A stretch of 64,000 bases of DNA from NCBI GenBank assembly GCA_964016885.1, contig OZ024740.1, positions 23,870,001-23,934,000 of the forward strand, given 5' to 3'. How positions within the stretch are numbered: the first letter of the stretch is position 1; the number at the start of each line of letters is the position of its first letter. Below, in pieces: positions 1 to 16,300 of the stretch. Under the pieces are notes generated by a model that saw only the letters and a program-made list of their open reading frames with translations, had not been told where the DNA came from and did no database searches. Made by a program: the position numbers and the translations under genes. Origin of the DNA: Eledone cirrhosa. Its lineage: Eukaryota.

Positions 1-3000
1 ACAGACCAATTGGTAGTTACAACAACATGGCTGACATATATAGTTTATGTAGCTAGAGAAGGAAGTTGAGTCAACCAACAGACCAACTGGTAGTTACAAC
101 AACATGACTGACATATATAGCTTGTGTAGCTAGAGAAGGAAACTGAGTCAGTCAACAGACCAACTGGTAGTTACAACAGCATGGCTGACATATATAGCTT
201 GTGTAGCTAGAGAAGGAAGCTGAGTCAACCAACAGACCTACTGGTAGTTACAACAACATGGCTGACATTTATAACTTGTGTAGCTAGAGAATGAAGCTGA
301 GTCAACCAACAGACCAACTGGTAGTTACAACAACATGGCTGACATATATAGTTTATGTAGCTAGAGAAGGAAGTTGAGTCAACCAACAGACCAACTGGTA
401 GTTACAACAACATGGCTGACATATATATCTTGTGTAGCTAGAGAAGGAAGCTGAGTCAGTCACCAGACCAACTAGTAGTTACAACAACATGGCTGACATA
501 TATATATCATGTGTAGCTAGAGAAGGAATCTGAATCAACCAACAGACCAACTGGTAGTTACAACAATATGGCTGACATATATAGCTTATGTAGCTAGAGA
601 ATGAAGCTGAGTCAACCAACAGACCAACTGGTAGTTACAACAACATGGCTGACATATATATCTTGTGTAGCTAGAGACGGAAGCTGAGTCAACCAACAGA
701 CCAACTGGTAGTAACAACAACATGGCTGACATTTATATCTTGAGTAGCTAGAGAATGAAGCTGAGTCAGCCAACAGACCTACTAGTAGTTACAACAACAT
801 GGCTGACATATATAGCTTGTGTAGCTAGAGAAGGAAGCTGAGTCAACCAACAGACCAACTGGTAGTTACAACAACATGGCTGATATATATAGCTTGTGTA
901 GCTTGAGAAGGAAGCTGAGTCAAACAACAGACCAACTGGTAGTTACAACAACATGGCTGACATATATATCTTGTGTAGCTTGTGAAGGAAGCTGATTTAA
1001 CCAACAGACCTACTGGTAGTTACAACAAAATGGCTGACATATATAGCTTGTGTAGCTAGAGAAAGAAGCTGACTCAACCAACAGACCAACTGGTATTTAC
1101 AACAACATGGCTGACATATATAGCTTCTGTAGCTAGAGAAGGAAGCTGAGTCTACCAACAGACCAACTGGTAGTTACAACAACATGGCTGATATATATAG
1201 CTTGTGTAGCTTGAGAAGGAAGCTGAGTCAAACAACAGACCAACTGGTAGTTACAACAACATGGCTGACATATATATCTTGTGTAGCTTGTGAAGGAAGC
1301 TGATTTAACCAACAGACCTACTGGTAGTTACAACAAAATGGCTGACATATATAGCTTGTGTAGCTAGAGAAAGAAGCTGACTCAACCAACAGACCAACTG
1401 GTATTTACAACAACATGGCTGACATATATAGCTTCTGTAGCTAGAGAAGGAAGCTGAGTCTACCAACAGACCAATTGGTAGATACAACAACATGGCTGAC
1501 ATTTATATCTTGTGTAGCTAGAGAAGGAAGTTGAGTCAACCAACAGAACAACTGGTAGTTACAACAACATGACTGACATATATAGCTTGTGTAGCTAGAG
1601 AAGGAAACTGAGTCAGTCAACAGACCAACTGGTAGTTACAACAACATGGCTGACATATATAGCTTGTGTAGCTATAGAAGGAAGCTGAGTCAGTCAACAG
1701 ACCAACTGGTAGTTACAACAACATGGCTGACATATATAGCTTGTGTAGCTAGAGAAGGAAGCTCAGTCTACCAACAGACCAATTGGTAGTTACAACAACA
1801 TGGCTGACATATATAGTTTATGTAGCTAGAGAAGGAAGTTGAGTCAACCAACAGACCAACTGGTAGTTACAACAACATGACTGACATATATAGCTTGTGT
1901 AGCTAGAGAAGGAAACTGAGTCAGTCAACAGACCAACTGGTAGTTACAACAGCATGGCTGACATATATAGCTTGTGTAGCTAGAGAAGGAAGCTGAGTCA
2001 ACCAACAGACCTACTGGTAGTTACAACAACATGGCTGACATTTATAACTTGTGTAGCTAGAGAATGAAGCTGAGTCAACCAACAGACCAACTGGTAGTTA
2101 CAACAACATGGCTGACATATATAGTTTATGTAGCTAGAGAAGGAAGTTGAGTCAACCAACAGACCAACTGGTAGTTACAACAACATGGCTGACATATATA
2201 TCTTGTGTAGCTAGAGAAGGAAGCTGAGTCAGTCACCAGACCAACTAGTAGTTACAACAACATGGCTGACATATATATATCATGTGTAGCTAGAGAAGGA
2301 ATCTGAATCAACCAACAGACCAACTGGTAGTTACAACAATATGGCTGACATATATAGCTTATGTAGCTAGAGAATGAAGCTGAGTCAACCAACAGACCAA
2401 CTGGTAGTTACAACAACATGGCTGACATATATATCTTGTGTAGCTAGAGACGGAAGCTGAGTCAACCAACAGACCAACTGGTAGTAACAACAACATGGCT
2501 GACATTTATATCTTGAGTAGCTAGAGAATGAAGCTGAGTCAGCCAACAGACCTACTAGTAGTTACAACAACATGGCTGACATATATAGCTTGTGTAGCTA
2601 GAGAAGGAAGCTGAGTCAACCAACAGACCAACTGGTAGTTACAACAACATGGCTGATATATATAGCTTGTGTAGCTTGAGAAGGAAGCTGAGTCAAACAA
2701 CAGACCAACTGGTAGTTACAACAACATGGCTGACATATATATCTTGTGTAGCTTGTGAAGGAAGCTGATTTAACCAACAGACCTACTGGTAGTTACAACA
2801 AAATGGCTGACATATATAGCTTGTGTAGCTAGAGAAAGAAGCTGACTCAACCAACAGACCAACTGGTATTTACAACAACATGGCTGACATATATAGCTTC
2901 TGTAGCTAGAGAAGGAAGCTGAGTCTACCAACAGACCAACTGGTAGTTACAACAACATGGCTGATATATATAGCTTGTGTAGCTTGAGAAGGAAGCTGAG

Positions 3001-4375
3001 TCAAACAACAGACCAACTGGTAGTTACAACAACATGGCTGACATATATATCTTGTGTAGCTTGTGAAGGAAGCTGATTTAACCAACAGACCTACTGGTAG
3101 TTACAACAAAATGGCTGACATATATAGCTTGTGTAGCTAGAGAAAGAAGCTGACACAACCAACAGACCAACTGGTATTTACAACAACATGGCTGACATAT
3201 ATAGCTTCTGTAGCTAGAGAAGGAAGCTGAGTCTACCAACAGACCAATTGGTAGATACAACAACATGGCTGACATTTATATCTTGTGTAGCTAGAGAAGG
3301 AAGTTGAGTCAACCAACAGAACAACTGGTAGTTACAACAACATGACTGACATATATAGCTTGTGTAGCTAGAGAAGGAAACTGAGTCAGTCAACAGACCA
3401 ACTGGTAGTTACAACAACATGGCTGACATATATAGCTTGTGTAGCTATAGAAGGAAGCTGAGTCAGTCAACAGACCAACTGGTAGTTACAACAACATGGC
3501 TGACATATATAGCTTGTGTAGCTAGAGAAGGAAGCTCAGTCTACCAACAGACCAATTGGTAGTTACAACAACATGGCTGACATATATAGTTTATGTAGCT
3601 AGAGAAGGAAGTTGAGTCAACCAACAGACCAACTGGTAGTTACAACAACATGACTGACATATATAGCTTGTGTAGCTAGAGAAGGAAACTGAGTCAGTCA
3701 ACAGACCAACTGGTAGTTACAACAGCATGGCTGACATATATAGCTTGTGTAGCTAGAGAAGGAAGCTGAGTCAACCAACAGACCTACTGGTAGTTACAAC
3801 AACATGGCTGACATTTATAACTTGTGTAGCTAGAGAATGAAGCTGAGTCAACCAACAGACCAACTGGTAGTTACAACAACATGGCTGACATATATAGTTT
3901 ATGTAGCTAGAGAAGGAAGTTGAGTCAACCAACAGACCAACTGGTAGTTACAACAACATGGCTGACATATATATCTTGTGTAGCTAGAGAAGGAAGCTGA
4001 GTCAGTCACCAGACCAACTAGTAGTTACAACAACATGGCTGACATATATATATCATGTGTAGCTAGAGAAGGAATCTGAATCAACCAACAGACCAACTGG
4101 TAGTTACAACAATATGGCTGACATATATAGCTTATGTAGCTAGAGAATGAAGCTGAGTCAACCAACAGACCAACTGGTAGTTACAACAACATGGCTGACA
4201 TATATATCTTGTGTAGCTAGAGACGGAAGCTGAGTCAACCAACAGACCAACTGGTAGTAACAACAACATGGCTGACATTTATATCTTGAGTAGCTAGAGA
4301 ATGAAGCTGAGTCAGCCAACAGACCTACTAGTAGTTACAACAACATGGCTGACATATATAGCTTGTGTAGCTAGA
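1..4375. repeat. Higher-order repeat, 1773 bp (23 monomers), about 2.5 copies
   Basis: The same variant order restarts at 1, 1774 and 3547. Near-identical ORFs at 1305 and 3078 are 1773 bp apart (23x77+2). Confidence 0.92.
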
Positions 4376-7300
4376 CAAGGAAGCTGAGTCAACCAACAGA
4401 CCAACTGGTAGTTACAACAACATGGCTGACCTATATAGCTTCTGTAGCTAGAGAAGGAAGCTAAGTCAACCAACAGACCAACTGGTAGTTACAACAACAT
4501 GGCTGACATGTATAGCTTCTGTAGCTAGAGAAGGAAGCTGAGTCAAGCAACAGACCAACTGGTAGTTACAACAACATGGCTGACATATATATCTTGTGTA
4601 GTTAGAGAAGGAAGCTGAGTCAACCAACAGACCAATTGGTAGTAACAACAACATGGCTGACATTTATATCTTGAGTAGCTAGAGAATGAAGCTGAGTCAG
4701 CCAACAGACCTACTAGTAGTTACAACAACATGGCTGACATATATAGCTTGTGTAGCTAGAGAAGGAAGCTGAGTCAACCAACAGACCTACTGGTAGTTAC
4801 AACAACATGGCTGAAATATATAACTTGTGTAGCTAGAGAATGAAGCTGAGTCAACCAACAGACCAACTGGTAGTTACAACAACATGGCTGACATATATAG
4901 TTTATGTAGCTAGAGAAGGAAGTTGAGTCAACCAACAGACCAACTGGTAGTTACAACAACATGGCTGACATATATATCTTGTGTAGCTAGAGAAGGAAGC
5001 TGAGTCAGTCACCAGACCAACTAGTAGTTACAACAACATGGCTGACATATATATATCATGTGTAGCTTGTGAAGGAAGCTGATTTAACCAACATACCTAC
5101 TGGTAGTTACAACAACATGGCTGACATATATATCTTGTGTAGCTTGTGAAGGAAGCTGATTTAACCAACAGACCTACTGGTAGTTACAACAAAATGGCTG
5201 ACATATATAGCTTGTGTAGCTAGAGAAGGAAGCTGACTCAACCAACAGACCAACTGGTATTTACAACAACATGGCTGACATATATATCTTGTGTAGCTTG
5301 TGAAGGAAGCTGATTTAACCAACAGACCTACTGGTAGTTACAACAAAATGGCTGACATATATAGCTTGTGTAGCTAGAGAAGGAAGCTGACTCAACCAAC
5401 AGACCAACTGGTATTTACAACAACATGGCTGACATATATAGCTTCTGTAGCTAGAGAAGGAAGCTGAGTCTACCAACAGACCAATTGGTAGTTACAACAA
5501 CATGGCTGACATTTATATCTTGTGTAGCTAGAGAAGGAAGCTGAGTCAACCAACAGACCAACTGGTAGTTACAACAACATGGCTGACATATATATAACAT
5601 GTGTAGCTAGAGAAGGAATCTGAATCAACCAACAGACCAACTGGTAGTTACAACAATATGGCTGACATATATAGCTTATGTAGCTAGAGAAGGAAGCTGA
5701 GTCAACCAACAGACCAAGTGGTAGTTACAACAACATGGCTGACATATATATCTTGTGTAGCTAGAGAAGGAAGCTGAGTCAACCAACAGACCAACTGGTA
5801 GGAACAACAACATGGCTGACATATATATCTTGTGTAGCTAGAGAAGGAAGCTGAGTCAGTCACCAGACCAACTAGTAGTTACAACAACATGGCTGACATA
5901 TATATATCATGTGTAGCTAGAGAATGAATCTGAATCAACCAACAGACCAACTGGTAGTTACAACAATATGGCTGACATATATAGCTTATGTAGCTAGAGA
6001 AGGAAGCTGAGTCAACCAACAGACCAACTGGTAGTTACAACAACATGGCTGACATATATATCTTGTGTAGCTAGAGAAGGAAGCTGAGTCAACCAACAGA
6101 CCAACTGGTAGTAACAACAACATGGCTGACAATCATATCTTGAGTAGCTAGAGAATGAAGCTGAGTCAGACAACAGACCTACTAGTAGTTACAACAACAT
6201 GGCTGACATATATAGCTTGTGTAGCTAGACAAGGAAGCTGAGTCAACCAATAGACCAACTGGTAGTTACAACAACATGGCTGACATATATAGCTTCTGTA
6301 GCTAGAGAAGGAAGCTAAGTCAACCAACAGATCAACTGGTAGTTACAACAACATGGCTGACATGTATAGCTTCTGTAGCTAGAGAAGGAAGCTGAGTCAA
6401 GCAACAGACCAACTGGTAGTTACAACAACATGGCTGACATATATATCTTGTGTAGTTAGAGAAGGAAGCTGAGTCAACCAACAGACCAACTGGTAGTAAC
6501 AACAACATGGCTGACATTTATATCTTGAGTAGCTAGAGAATGAAGCTGAGTCAGCCAACAGACCTACTAGTAGTTACAACAACATGGCTGACATATATAG
6601 CTTGTGTAGCTAGAGAAGGAAGCTGAGTCAACCAACAGACCAACTGGTAGTTACAACAACATGGCTGATATATATAGCTTGTGTAGCTTGAGAAGGAAGC
6701 TGAGTCAAACAACAGACCAACTGGTAGTTACAACAACATGGCCGACATATATATCTTGTGTAGCTTGTGAAGGAAGCTGATTTAACCAACAGACCTACTG
6801 GTAGTTACAACAAAATGGCTGACATATATAGCTTGTGTAGCTAGAGAAGGAAGCTGACTCAACCAACAGACCAACTGGTATTTACAACAACATGGCTGAC
6901 ATATATAGCTTCTGTAGCTAGAGAAGGAAGCTGAGTCTACCAACAGACCAATTGGTATTTACAACAACATGGCTGACATATATAGCTTCTGTAGCTAGAG
7001 AAGGAAGCTGAGTCAACCAACAGACCAACTGGTAGTTACAACAACATGGCTGACATATATATATCATGTGTAGCTAGAGAAGGAATCTGAATCAACCAAC
7101 AGACCAACTGGTAGTTACAACAATATGGCTGACATATATAGCTTATGTAGCTAGAGAAGGAAGCTGAGTCAACCAACAGACCAACTGGTAGTTACAACAA
7201 CATGGCTGACATGTATAGCTTCTGTAGCTAGAGAAGGAAGCTGAGTCAAGCAACAGACCAACTGGTAGTTACAACAACATGGCTGACATATATATCTTGT

Positions 7301-10300
7301 GTAGTTAGAGAGGGAAGCTGAGTCAACCAACAGACCAACTGGTAGTAACAACAACATGGCTGACATTTATATCTTGAGTAGCTAGAGAATGAAGCTGAGT
7401 CAGCCAACAGACCTACTAGTAGTTACAACAACATGGCTGACATATATAGCTTGTGTAGCTAGAGAAGGAAGCTGAGTCAACCAACAGACCAACTGGTAGT
7501 TACAACAACATGGCTGATATATATAGCTTGTGTAGCTTGAGAAGGAAGCTGAGTCAAACAACAGACCAACTGGTTGTTACAACAACATGGCTGACATATA
7601 TATCTTGTGTAGCTTGTGAAGGAAGCTGATTTAACCAACAGACCTACTGGTAGTTACAACAAAATGGCTGACATATATAGCTTGTGTAGCTAGAGAAAGA
7701 AGCTGACTCAACCAACAGACCAACTGGTATTTACAACAACATCGCTGACATATATAGCTTCTGTAGCTAGAGAAGGAAGCTGAGTCTACCAACAGACCAA
7801 CTGGTAGTTACAACAACATGGCTGATATATATAGCTTGTGTAGCTTGAGAAGGAAGCTGAGTCAAACAACAGACCAACTGGTAGTTACAACAACATGGCT
7901 GACATATATATCTTGTGTAGCTTGTGAAGGAAGCTGATTTAACCAACAGACCTACTGGTAGTTACAACAAAATGGCTGACATATATAGCTTGTGTAGCTA
8001 GAGAAAGAAGCTGACTCAACCAACAGACCAACTGGTAGTAACAACAACATGGCTGACATTTATATCTTGAGTAGCTAGAGAATGAAGCTGAGTCAGCCAA
8101 CAGACCTACTAGTAGTTACAACAACATGGCTGACATTTATATCTTGTGTAGCTAGAGAAGGAAGTTGAGTCAACCAACAGAACAACTGGTAGTTACAACA
8201 ACATGACTGACATATATAGCTTGTGTAGCTAGAGAAGGAAACTGAGTCAGTCAACAGACCAACTGGTAGTTACAACAACATGGCTGACATATATAGCTTG
8301 TGTAGCTATAGAAGGAAGCTGAGTCAGTCAACAGACCAACTGGTAGTTACAACAACATGGCTGACATATATAGCTTGTGTAGCTAGAGAAGGAAGCGCAG
8401 TCTACCAACAGACCAATTGGTAGTTACAACAACATGGCTGACATATATAGTTTATGTAGCTAGAGAAGGAAGTTGAGTCAACCAACAGACCAACTGGTAG
8501 TTACAACAACATGACTGACATATATAGCTTGTGTAGCTAGAGAAGGAAACTGAGTCAGTCAACAGACCAACTGGTAGTTACAACAGCATGGCTGACATAT
8601 ATAGCTTGTGTAGCTAGAGAAGGAAGCTGAGTCAACCAACAGACCTACTGGTAGTTACAACAACATGGCTGACATTTATAACTTGTGTAGCTAGAGAATG
8701 AAGCTGAGTCAACCAACAGACCAACTGGTAGTTACAACAACATGGCTGACATATATAGTTTATGTAGCTAGAGAAGGAAGTTGAGTCAACCAACAGACCA
8801 ACTGGTAGTTACAACAACATGGCTGACATATATATCTTGTGTAGCTAGAGAAGGAAGCTGAGTCAGTCACCAGACCAACTAGTAGTTACAACAACATGGC
8901 TGACATATATATATCATGTGTAGCTAGAGAAGGAATCTGAATCAACCAACAGACCAACTGGTAGTTACAACAATATGGCTGACATATATAGCTTATGTAG
9001 CTAGAGAATGAAGCTGAGTCAACAAACAGACCAACTGGTAGTAACAACAACATGGCTGACATTTATATCTTGAGTTGCTAGAGAATGAAGCTGAGTCAGC
9101 CAACAGACCTACTAGTAGTTACAACAACATGGCTGACATATATAGCTTGTGTAGCTAGAGAAGGAAGCTGAGTCAACCAACAGACCTACTGGTAGTTACA
9201 ACAACATGGCTGACATATATAACTTGTGTAGCTAGAGAATGAAGCTGAGTCAACCAACAGACCAACTGGTAGTTACAACAACATGGCTGACATATATAGT
9301 TTATGTAGCTAGAGAAGGAAGTTGAGTCAACCAACAGACCAACTGGTAGTTACAACAACATGGCTGACATATATATCTTGTGTAGCTAGAGAAGGAAGCT
9401 GAGTCAGTCACCAGACCAACTAGTAGTTACAACAACATGGCTGACATATATATATCATGTGTAGCTTGTGAAGGAAGCTGATTTAACCAACAGACCTACT
9501 GGTAGTTACAACAACATGGCTGACATATATATCTTGTGTAGCTTGTGAAGGAAGCTGATTTAACCAACAGACCTACTGGTAGTTACAACAAAATGGCTGA
9601 CATATATAGCTTGTGTAGCTAGAGAAGGAAGCTGACTCAACCAACAGACCAACTGGTATTTACAACAACATGGCTGACATATATATCTTGTGTAGCTTGT
9701 GAAGGAAGCTGATTTAACCAACAGACCTACTGGTAGTTACAACAAAATGGCTGACATATATAGCTTGTGTAGCTAGAGAAGGAAGCTGACTCAACCAACA
9801 GACCAACTGGTATTTACAACAACATGGCTGACATATATAGCTTCTGTAGCTAGAGAAGGAAGCTGAGTCTACCAACAGACCAATTGGTAGTTACAACAAC
9901 ATGGCTGACATTTATATCTTGTGTAGCTAGAGAAGGAAGCTGAGTCAACCAACAGACCAACTGGTAGTTACAACAACATGGCTGACATATATATAACATG
10001 TGTAGCTAGAGAAGGAATCTGAATCAACCAACAGACCAACTGGTAGTTACAACAATATGGCTGACATATATAGCTTATGTAGCTAGAGAAGGAAGCTGAG
10101 TCAACCAACAGACCAAGTGGTAGTTACAACAACATGGCTGACATATATATCTTGTGTAGCTAGAGAAGGAAGCTGAGTCAGACAACAGACCTACTAGTAG
10201 TTACAACAACATGGCTGACATATATAGCTTGTGTAGCTAGACAAGGAAGCTGAGTCAACCAACAGACCAACTGGTAGTTACAACAACATGGCTGACATAT

Positions 10301-13300
10301 ATAGCTTCTGTAGCTAGAGAAGGAAGCTAAGTCAACCAACAGATCAACTGGTAGTTACAACAACATGGCTGACATGTATAGCTTCTGTAGCTAGAGAAGG
10401 AAGCTGAGTCAAGCAACAGACCAACTGGTAGTTACAACAACATGGCTGACATATATATCTTGTGTAGTTAGAGAAGGAAGCTGAGTCAACCAACAGACCA
10501 ACTGGTAGTAACAACAACATGGCTGACATTTATATCTTGAGTAGCTAGAGAATGAAGCTGAGTCAGCCAACAGACCTACTAGTAGTTACAACAACATGGC
10601 TGACATATATAGCTTGTGTAGCTAGAGAAGGAAGCTGAGTCAACCAACAGACCAACTGGTAGTTACAACAACATGGCTGATATATATAGCTTGTGTAGCT
10701 TGAGAAGGAAGCTGAGTCAAACAACAGACCAACTGGTAGTTACAACAACATGGCTGACATATATATCTTGTGTAGCTTGTGAAGGAAGCTGATTTAACCA
10801 ACAGACCTACTGGTAGTTACAACAAAATGGCTGACATATATAGCTTGTGTAGCTAGAGAAGGAAGCTGACTCAACCAACAGACCAACTGGTATTTACAAC
10901 AACATGGCTGACATATATAGCTTCTGTAGCTAGAGAAGGAAGCTGAGTCTACCAACAGACCAATTGGTATTTACAACAACATAGCTGACATATATAGCTT
11001 CTGTAGCTAGAGAAGGAAGCTGAGTCAACCAACAGACCAACTGGTAGTTACAACAACATGGCTGACATATATATCTTGTGTAGCTAGAGAAGGAAGCTGA
11101 GTCAGTCACCAGACCAACTAGTAGTTACAACAACATGGCTGACATATATATATCATGTGTAGCTAGAGAAGGAATCTGAATCAACCAACAGACCAACTGG
11201 TAGTTACAACAATATGGCTGACATATATAGCTTATGTAGCTAGAGAAGGAAGCTGAGTCAACCAACAGACCAACTGGTAGTTACAACAACATGGCTGACA
11301 TATATATCTTGTGTAGCTAGAGAAGGAAGCTGAGTCAACCAACAGACCAACTGGTAGTTACAACAACATGACTGACAATCATATCTTGAGTAGCTAGAGA
11401 ATGAAGCTGAGTCAGCCAACAGACCTACTAGTAGTTACAACAACATGGCTGACATATATAGCTTGTGTAGCTAGAGAAGGAAGCTGAGTCAACCAACAGA
11501 CCAACTGGTAGTTACAACAACATGGCTGATATATATAGCTTGTGTAGCTTGAGAAGGAAGCTGAGTCAAACAACAGACCAACTGGTAGTTACAACAACAC
11601 GGCTGACATATATATCTTGTGTAGCTTGTGAAGGAAGCTGATTTAACCAACAGACCTACTGGTAGTTACAACAAAATGGCTGACATATATAGCTTGTGTA
11701 GCTAGAGAAGGAAGCTGACTCAACCAACAGACCAACTGGTATTTACAACAACATGGCTGACATATATAGCTTCTGTAGCTAGAGAAGGAAGCTGAGTCTA
11801 CCAACAGACCAATTGGTAGTTACAACAACATGGCTGACATTTATATCTTGTGTAGCTAGAGAAGGAAGTTGAGTCAACCAACAGACCAACTGGTAGTTAC
11901 AACAACATGGCTGACATATATATCTTGTGTAGCTAGAGAAGGAAGCTGAGTTAACCAACAGAACAACTGGTAGTTACAACAACATGACTGACATATATAG
12001 CTTGTGTAGCTAGAGAAGGAAGCTGAGTCAGTCAACAGACCAACTGGTAGTTACAACCACATGGCTGACATATATAGCTTGTGTAGCTAGAGAAGGAAGC
12101 TCAGTCTACCAACAGACCAATTGGTAGTTACAACAACATGGCTGACATTTATATCTTGTGTAGCTAGATAATGAAGCTGAGTCAGCCAACAGACCTACTA
12201 GTAGTTAAAACAACATGGCTGACATATATAGCTTGTGTAGCTAGAGAAGGCAGCTGAGTCAGTCACCAGACCAACTAGTAGTTACAACAACATGGCTGAC
12301 ATATATATATCATGTGTAGCTAGAGAAGGAAGCTGAGTCAACCAACAGACCAACTGGTAGGAACAACAACATGGCTGACATTTATATCTTGAGTAGCTAG
12401 AGAATGAAGCTGAGTCAGCCAACAGACCTACTAGTAGTTACAACAACATGGCTGACATATATAGCTTGTGTAGCTAGACAAGGAAGCTGAGTCAACCAAC
12501 AGACCAACTGGTAGTTACAACAACATGGCTGACATATATAGCTTCTGTAGCTAGAGAAGGAAGCTAAGTCAACCAACAGACCAACTGGTAGTTACAACAA
12601 CATGGCTGACATGTATAGCTTCTGTAGCTAGAGAAGGAAGCTGAGTCAAGCAACAGACCAACTGGTAGTTACAACAACATGGCTGACATATATATCTTGT
12701 GTAGTTAGAGAAGGAAGCTGAGTCAACCAACAGACCAACTGGTAGTAACAACAACATGGCTGACATTTATATCTTGAGTAGCTAGAGAATGAAGCTGAGT
12801 CAGCCAACAGACCTACTAGTAGTTACAACAACATGGCTGACATATATAGCTTGTGTAGCTAGAGAAGGAAGCTGAGTCAACCAACAGACCAACTGGTAGT
12901 TACAACAACATGGCTGACATATATATCTTGTGTAGCTTGTGAAGGAAGCTGATTTAACCAACAGACCTACTGGTAGTTACAACAAAATGGCTGACATATA
13001 TAGCTTGTGTAGCTAGAGAAGGAAGCTGACTCAACCAACAGACCAACTGGTATTTACAACAACATGGCTGACATATATAGCTTCTGTAGCTAGAGAAGGA
13101 AGCTGAGTCTACCAACAGACCAATTGGTATTTACAACAACATGGCTGACATATATAGCTTCTGTAGCTAGAGAAGGAAGCTGAGTCAACCAACAGACCAA
13201 CTGGTAGTTACAACAACATGGCTGACATATATATATCATGTGTAGCTAGAGAAGGAATCTGAATCAACCAACAGACCAACTGGTAGTTACAACAATATGG

Positions 13301-16300
13301 CTGACATATATAGCATATGTAGCTAGAGAAGGAAGCTGAGTCAACCAACAGACCAAGTGGTAGTTACAACAACATGGCTGACATATATATCTTGTGTAGC
13401 TAGAGAAGGAAGCTGAGTCAACCAACAGACCAACTGGTAGGAACAACAACATGGCTGACATATATATCTTGTGTAGCTAGAGAAGGAAGCTGAGTCAGTC
13501 ACCAGACCAACTAGTAGTTACAACAACATGGCTGACATATATATATCATGTGTAGCTAGAGAATGAATCTGAATCAACCAACAGACCAACTGGTAGTTAC
13601 AACAATATGGCTGACATATATAGCTTATGTAGCTAGAGAAGGAAGCTGAGTCAACCAACAGACCAACTGGTAGTTACAACAACATGGCTGACATATATAT
13701 CTTGTGTAGCTAGAGAAGGAAGCTGAGTCAACCAACAGATCAACTGGTAGTAACAACAACATGGCTGACATTTATATCTTGAGTAGCTAGAGAATGAAGC
13801 TGAGTCAGACAACAGACCTACTAGTAGTTACAACAACATGGCTGACATATATAGCTTGTGTAGCTAGACAAGGAAGCTGAGTCAACCAACAGACCAACTG
13901 GTAGTTACAACAACATGGCTGACATATATAGCTTCTGTAGCTAGAGAAGGAAGCTAAGTCAACCAACAGACCAACTGGTAGTTACAACAACATGGCTGAC
14001 ATGTATAGCTTCTGTAGCTAGAGAAGGAAGCTGAGTCAAGCAACAGACCAACTGGTAGTTACAACAACATGGCTGACATATATATCTTGTGTAGTTAGAG
14101 AAGGAAGCTGAGTCAACCAACAGACCAACTGGTAGTAACAACAACATGGCTGACATTTATATCTTGAGTAGCTAGAGAATGAAGCTGAGTCAGCCAACAG
14201 ACCTACTAGTAGTTACAACAACATGGCTGACATATATAGCTTGTGTAGCTAGAGAAGGAAGCTGAGTCAACCAACAGACCAACTGGTAGTTACAACAACA
14301 TGGCTGATATATATAGCTTGTGTAGCTTGAGAAGGAAGCTGAGTCAAACAACAGACCAACTGGTAGTTACAACAACATGGCTGACATATATATCTTGTGT
14401 AGCTTGTGAAGGAAGCTGATTTAACCAACAGACCTACTGGTAGTTACAACAAAATGGCTGACATATATAGCTTGTGTAGCTAGAGAAAGAAGCTGACTCA
14501 ACCAACAGACCAACTGGTATTTACAACAACATGGCTGACATATATAGCTTCTGTAGCTAGAGAAGGAAGCCGAGTCTACCAACAGACCAATTGGTAGTTA
14601 CAACAACATGGCTGACATTTATATCTTGTGTAGCAAGAGAAGGAAGTTGAGTCAACCAACAGACCAACTGGTAGTTACAACAACATGGCTGACATATATA
14701 TCTTGTGTAGCTAGAGAAGGAAGCTGAGTTAACCAACAGAACAACTGGTAGTTACAACAACATGACTGACATATATAGCTTGTGTAGCTAGAGAAGGAAG
14801 CTGAGTCAGTCAACAGACCAACTGGTAGTTACAACCACATGGCTGACATATATAGCTTGTGTAGCTAGAGAAGGAAGCTCAGTCTACCAACAGACCAATT
14901 GGTAGTTACAACAACATGGCTGACATTTATATCTTGTGTAGCTAGATAATGAAGCTGAGTCAGCCAACAGACCTACTAGTAGTTAAAACAACATGGCTGA
15001 CATTTATAGCTTGTGTAGCTAGAGAAGGCAGCTGAGTCAGTCACCAGACCAACTAGTAGTTACAACAACATGGCTGACATATATATATCATGTGTAGCTA
15101 GAGAAGGAAGCTGAGTCAACCAACAGACCAACTGGTAGGAACAACAACATGGCTGACATTTATATCTTGAGTAGCTAGAGAATGAAGCTGAGTCAGCCAA
15201 CAGACCTACTAGTAGTTACAACAACATGGCTGACATATATAGCTTGTGTAGCTAGACAAGGAAGCTAAGTCAACCAACAGACCAACTGGTAGTTACAACA
15301 ACATGGCTGACATGTATAGCTTCTGTAGCTAGAGAAGGAAGCTGAGTCAAGCAACAGACCAACTGGTAGTTACAACAACATGGCTGACATATATATCTTG
15401 TGTAGTTAGATAAGGAAGCTGAGTCAACGAACAGACCAACTGGTAGTAACAACAACATGGCTGACATTTATATCTTGAGTAGCTAGAGAATGAAGCTGAC
15501 TCAACCAACAGACCAACTGGTATTTACAACAACATGGCTGACATATATAGCTTCTGTAGCTAGAGAAGGAAGCTGAGTCTACCAACAGACCAATTGGTAG
15601 TTACAACAACATGGCTGACATATATAGCTTGTGTAGCTAGAGAAGGAAGCTGAGTCAACCAACAGACCAACTGGTAGTTACAACAACATGGCTGATATAC
15701 ATAGCTTGTGTAGCTTGAGAAGGAAGCTGAGTCAACCAACAGACCAACTGGTAGTAACAACAACATGGCTGACATTTATATCTTGAGTAGCTAGAGAATG
15801 AAGCTGACTCAACCAACAGACCAACTGGTATTTACAACAACATGGCTGACATATATAGCTTCTGTAGCTAGAGAAGGAAGCTGAGTCTACCAACAGACCA
15901 ATTGGTAGTTACAACAACATGGCTGACATATATAGCTTGTGTAGCTAGAGAAGGAAGCTGACTCAACCAACAGACCAACTGGTATTTACAACAACATGGC
16001 TGACATATATAGCTTCTGTAGCTAGAGAAGGAAGCTGAGTCTACCAACAGACCAATTGGTAGTTACAACAACATGGCTGACATATATATCTTGTGTAGCT
16101 AGAGAAGGAAGCTGAGTCAACCAACAGACCAACTGGTAGTTGCAACAACATGGCTGACATATATATATCATGTGTAGCTAGAGAAGGAATCTGAATCAAC
16201 CAACAGACCAACTGGTAGTTACAACAATATGGCTGACATATATAGCTTATGTAGCTAGAGAAGGAAGCTGAGTCAACCAACAGACCAAGTGGTAGTTAAA

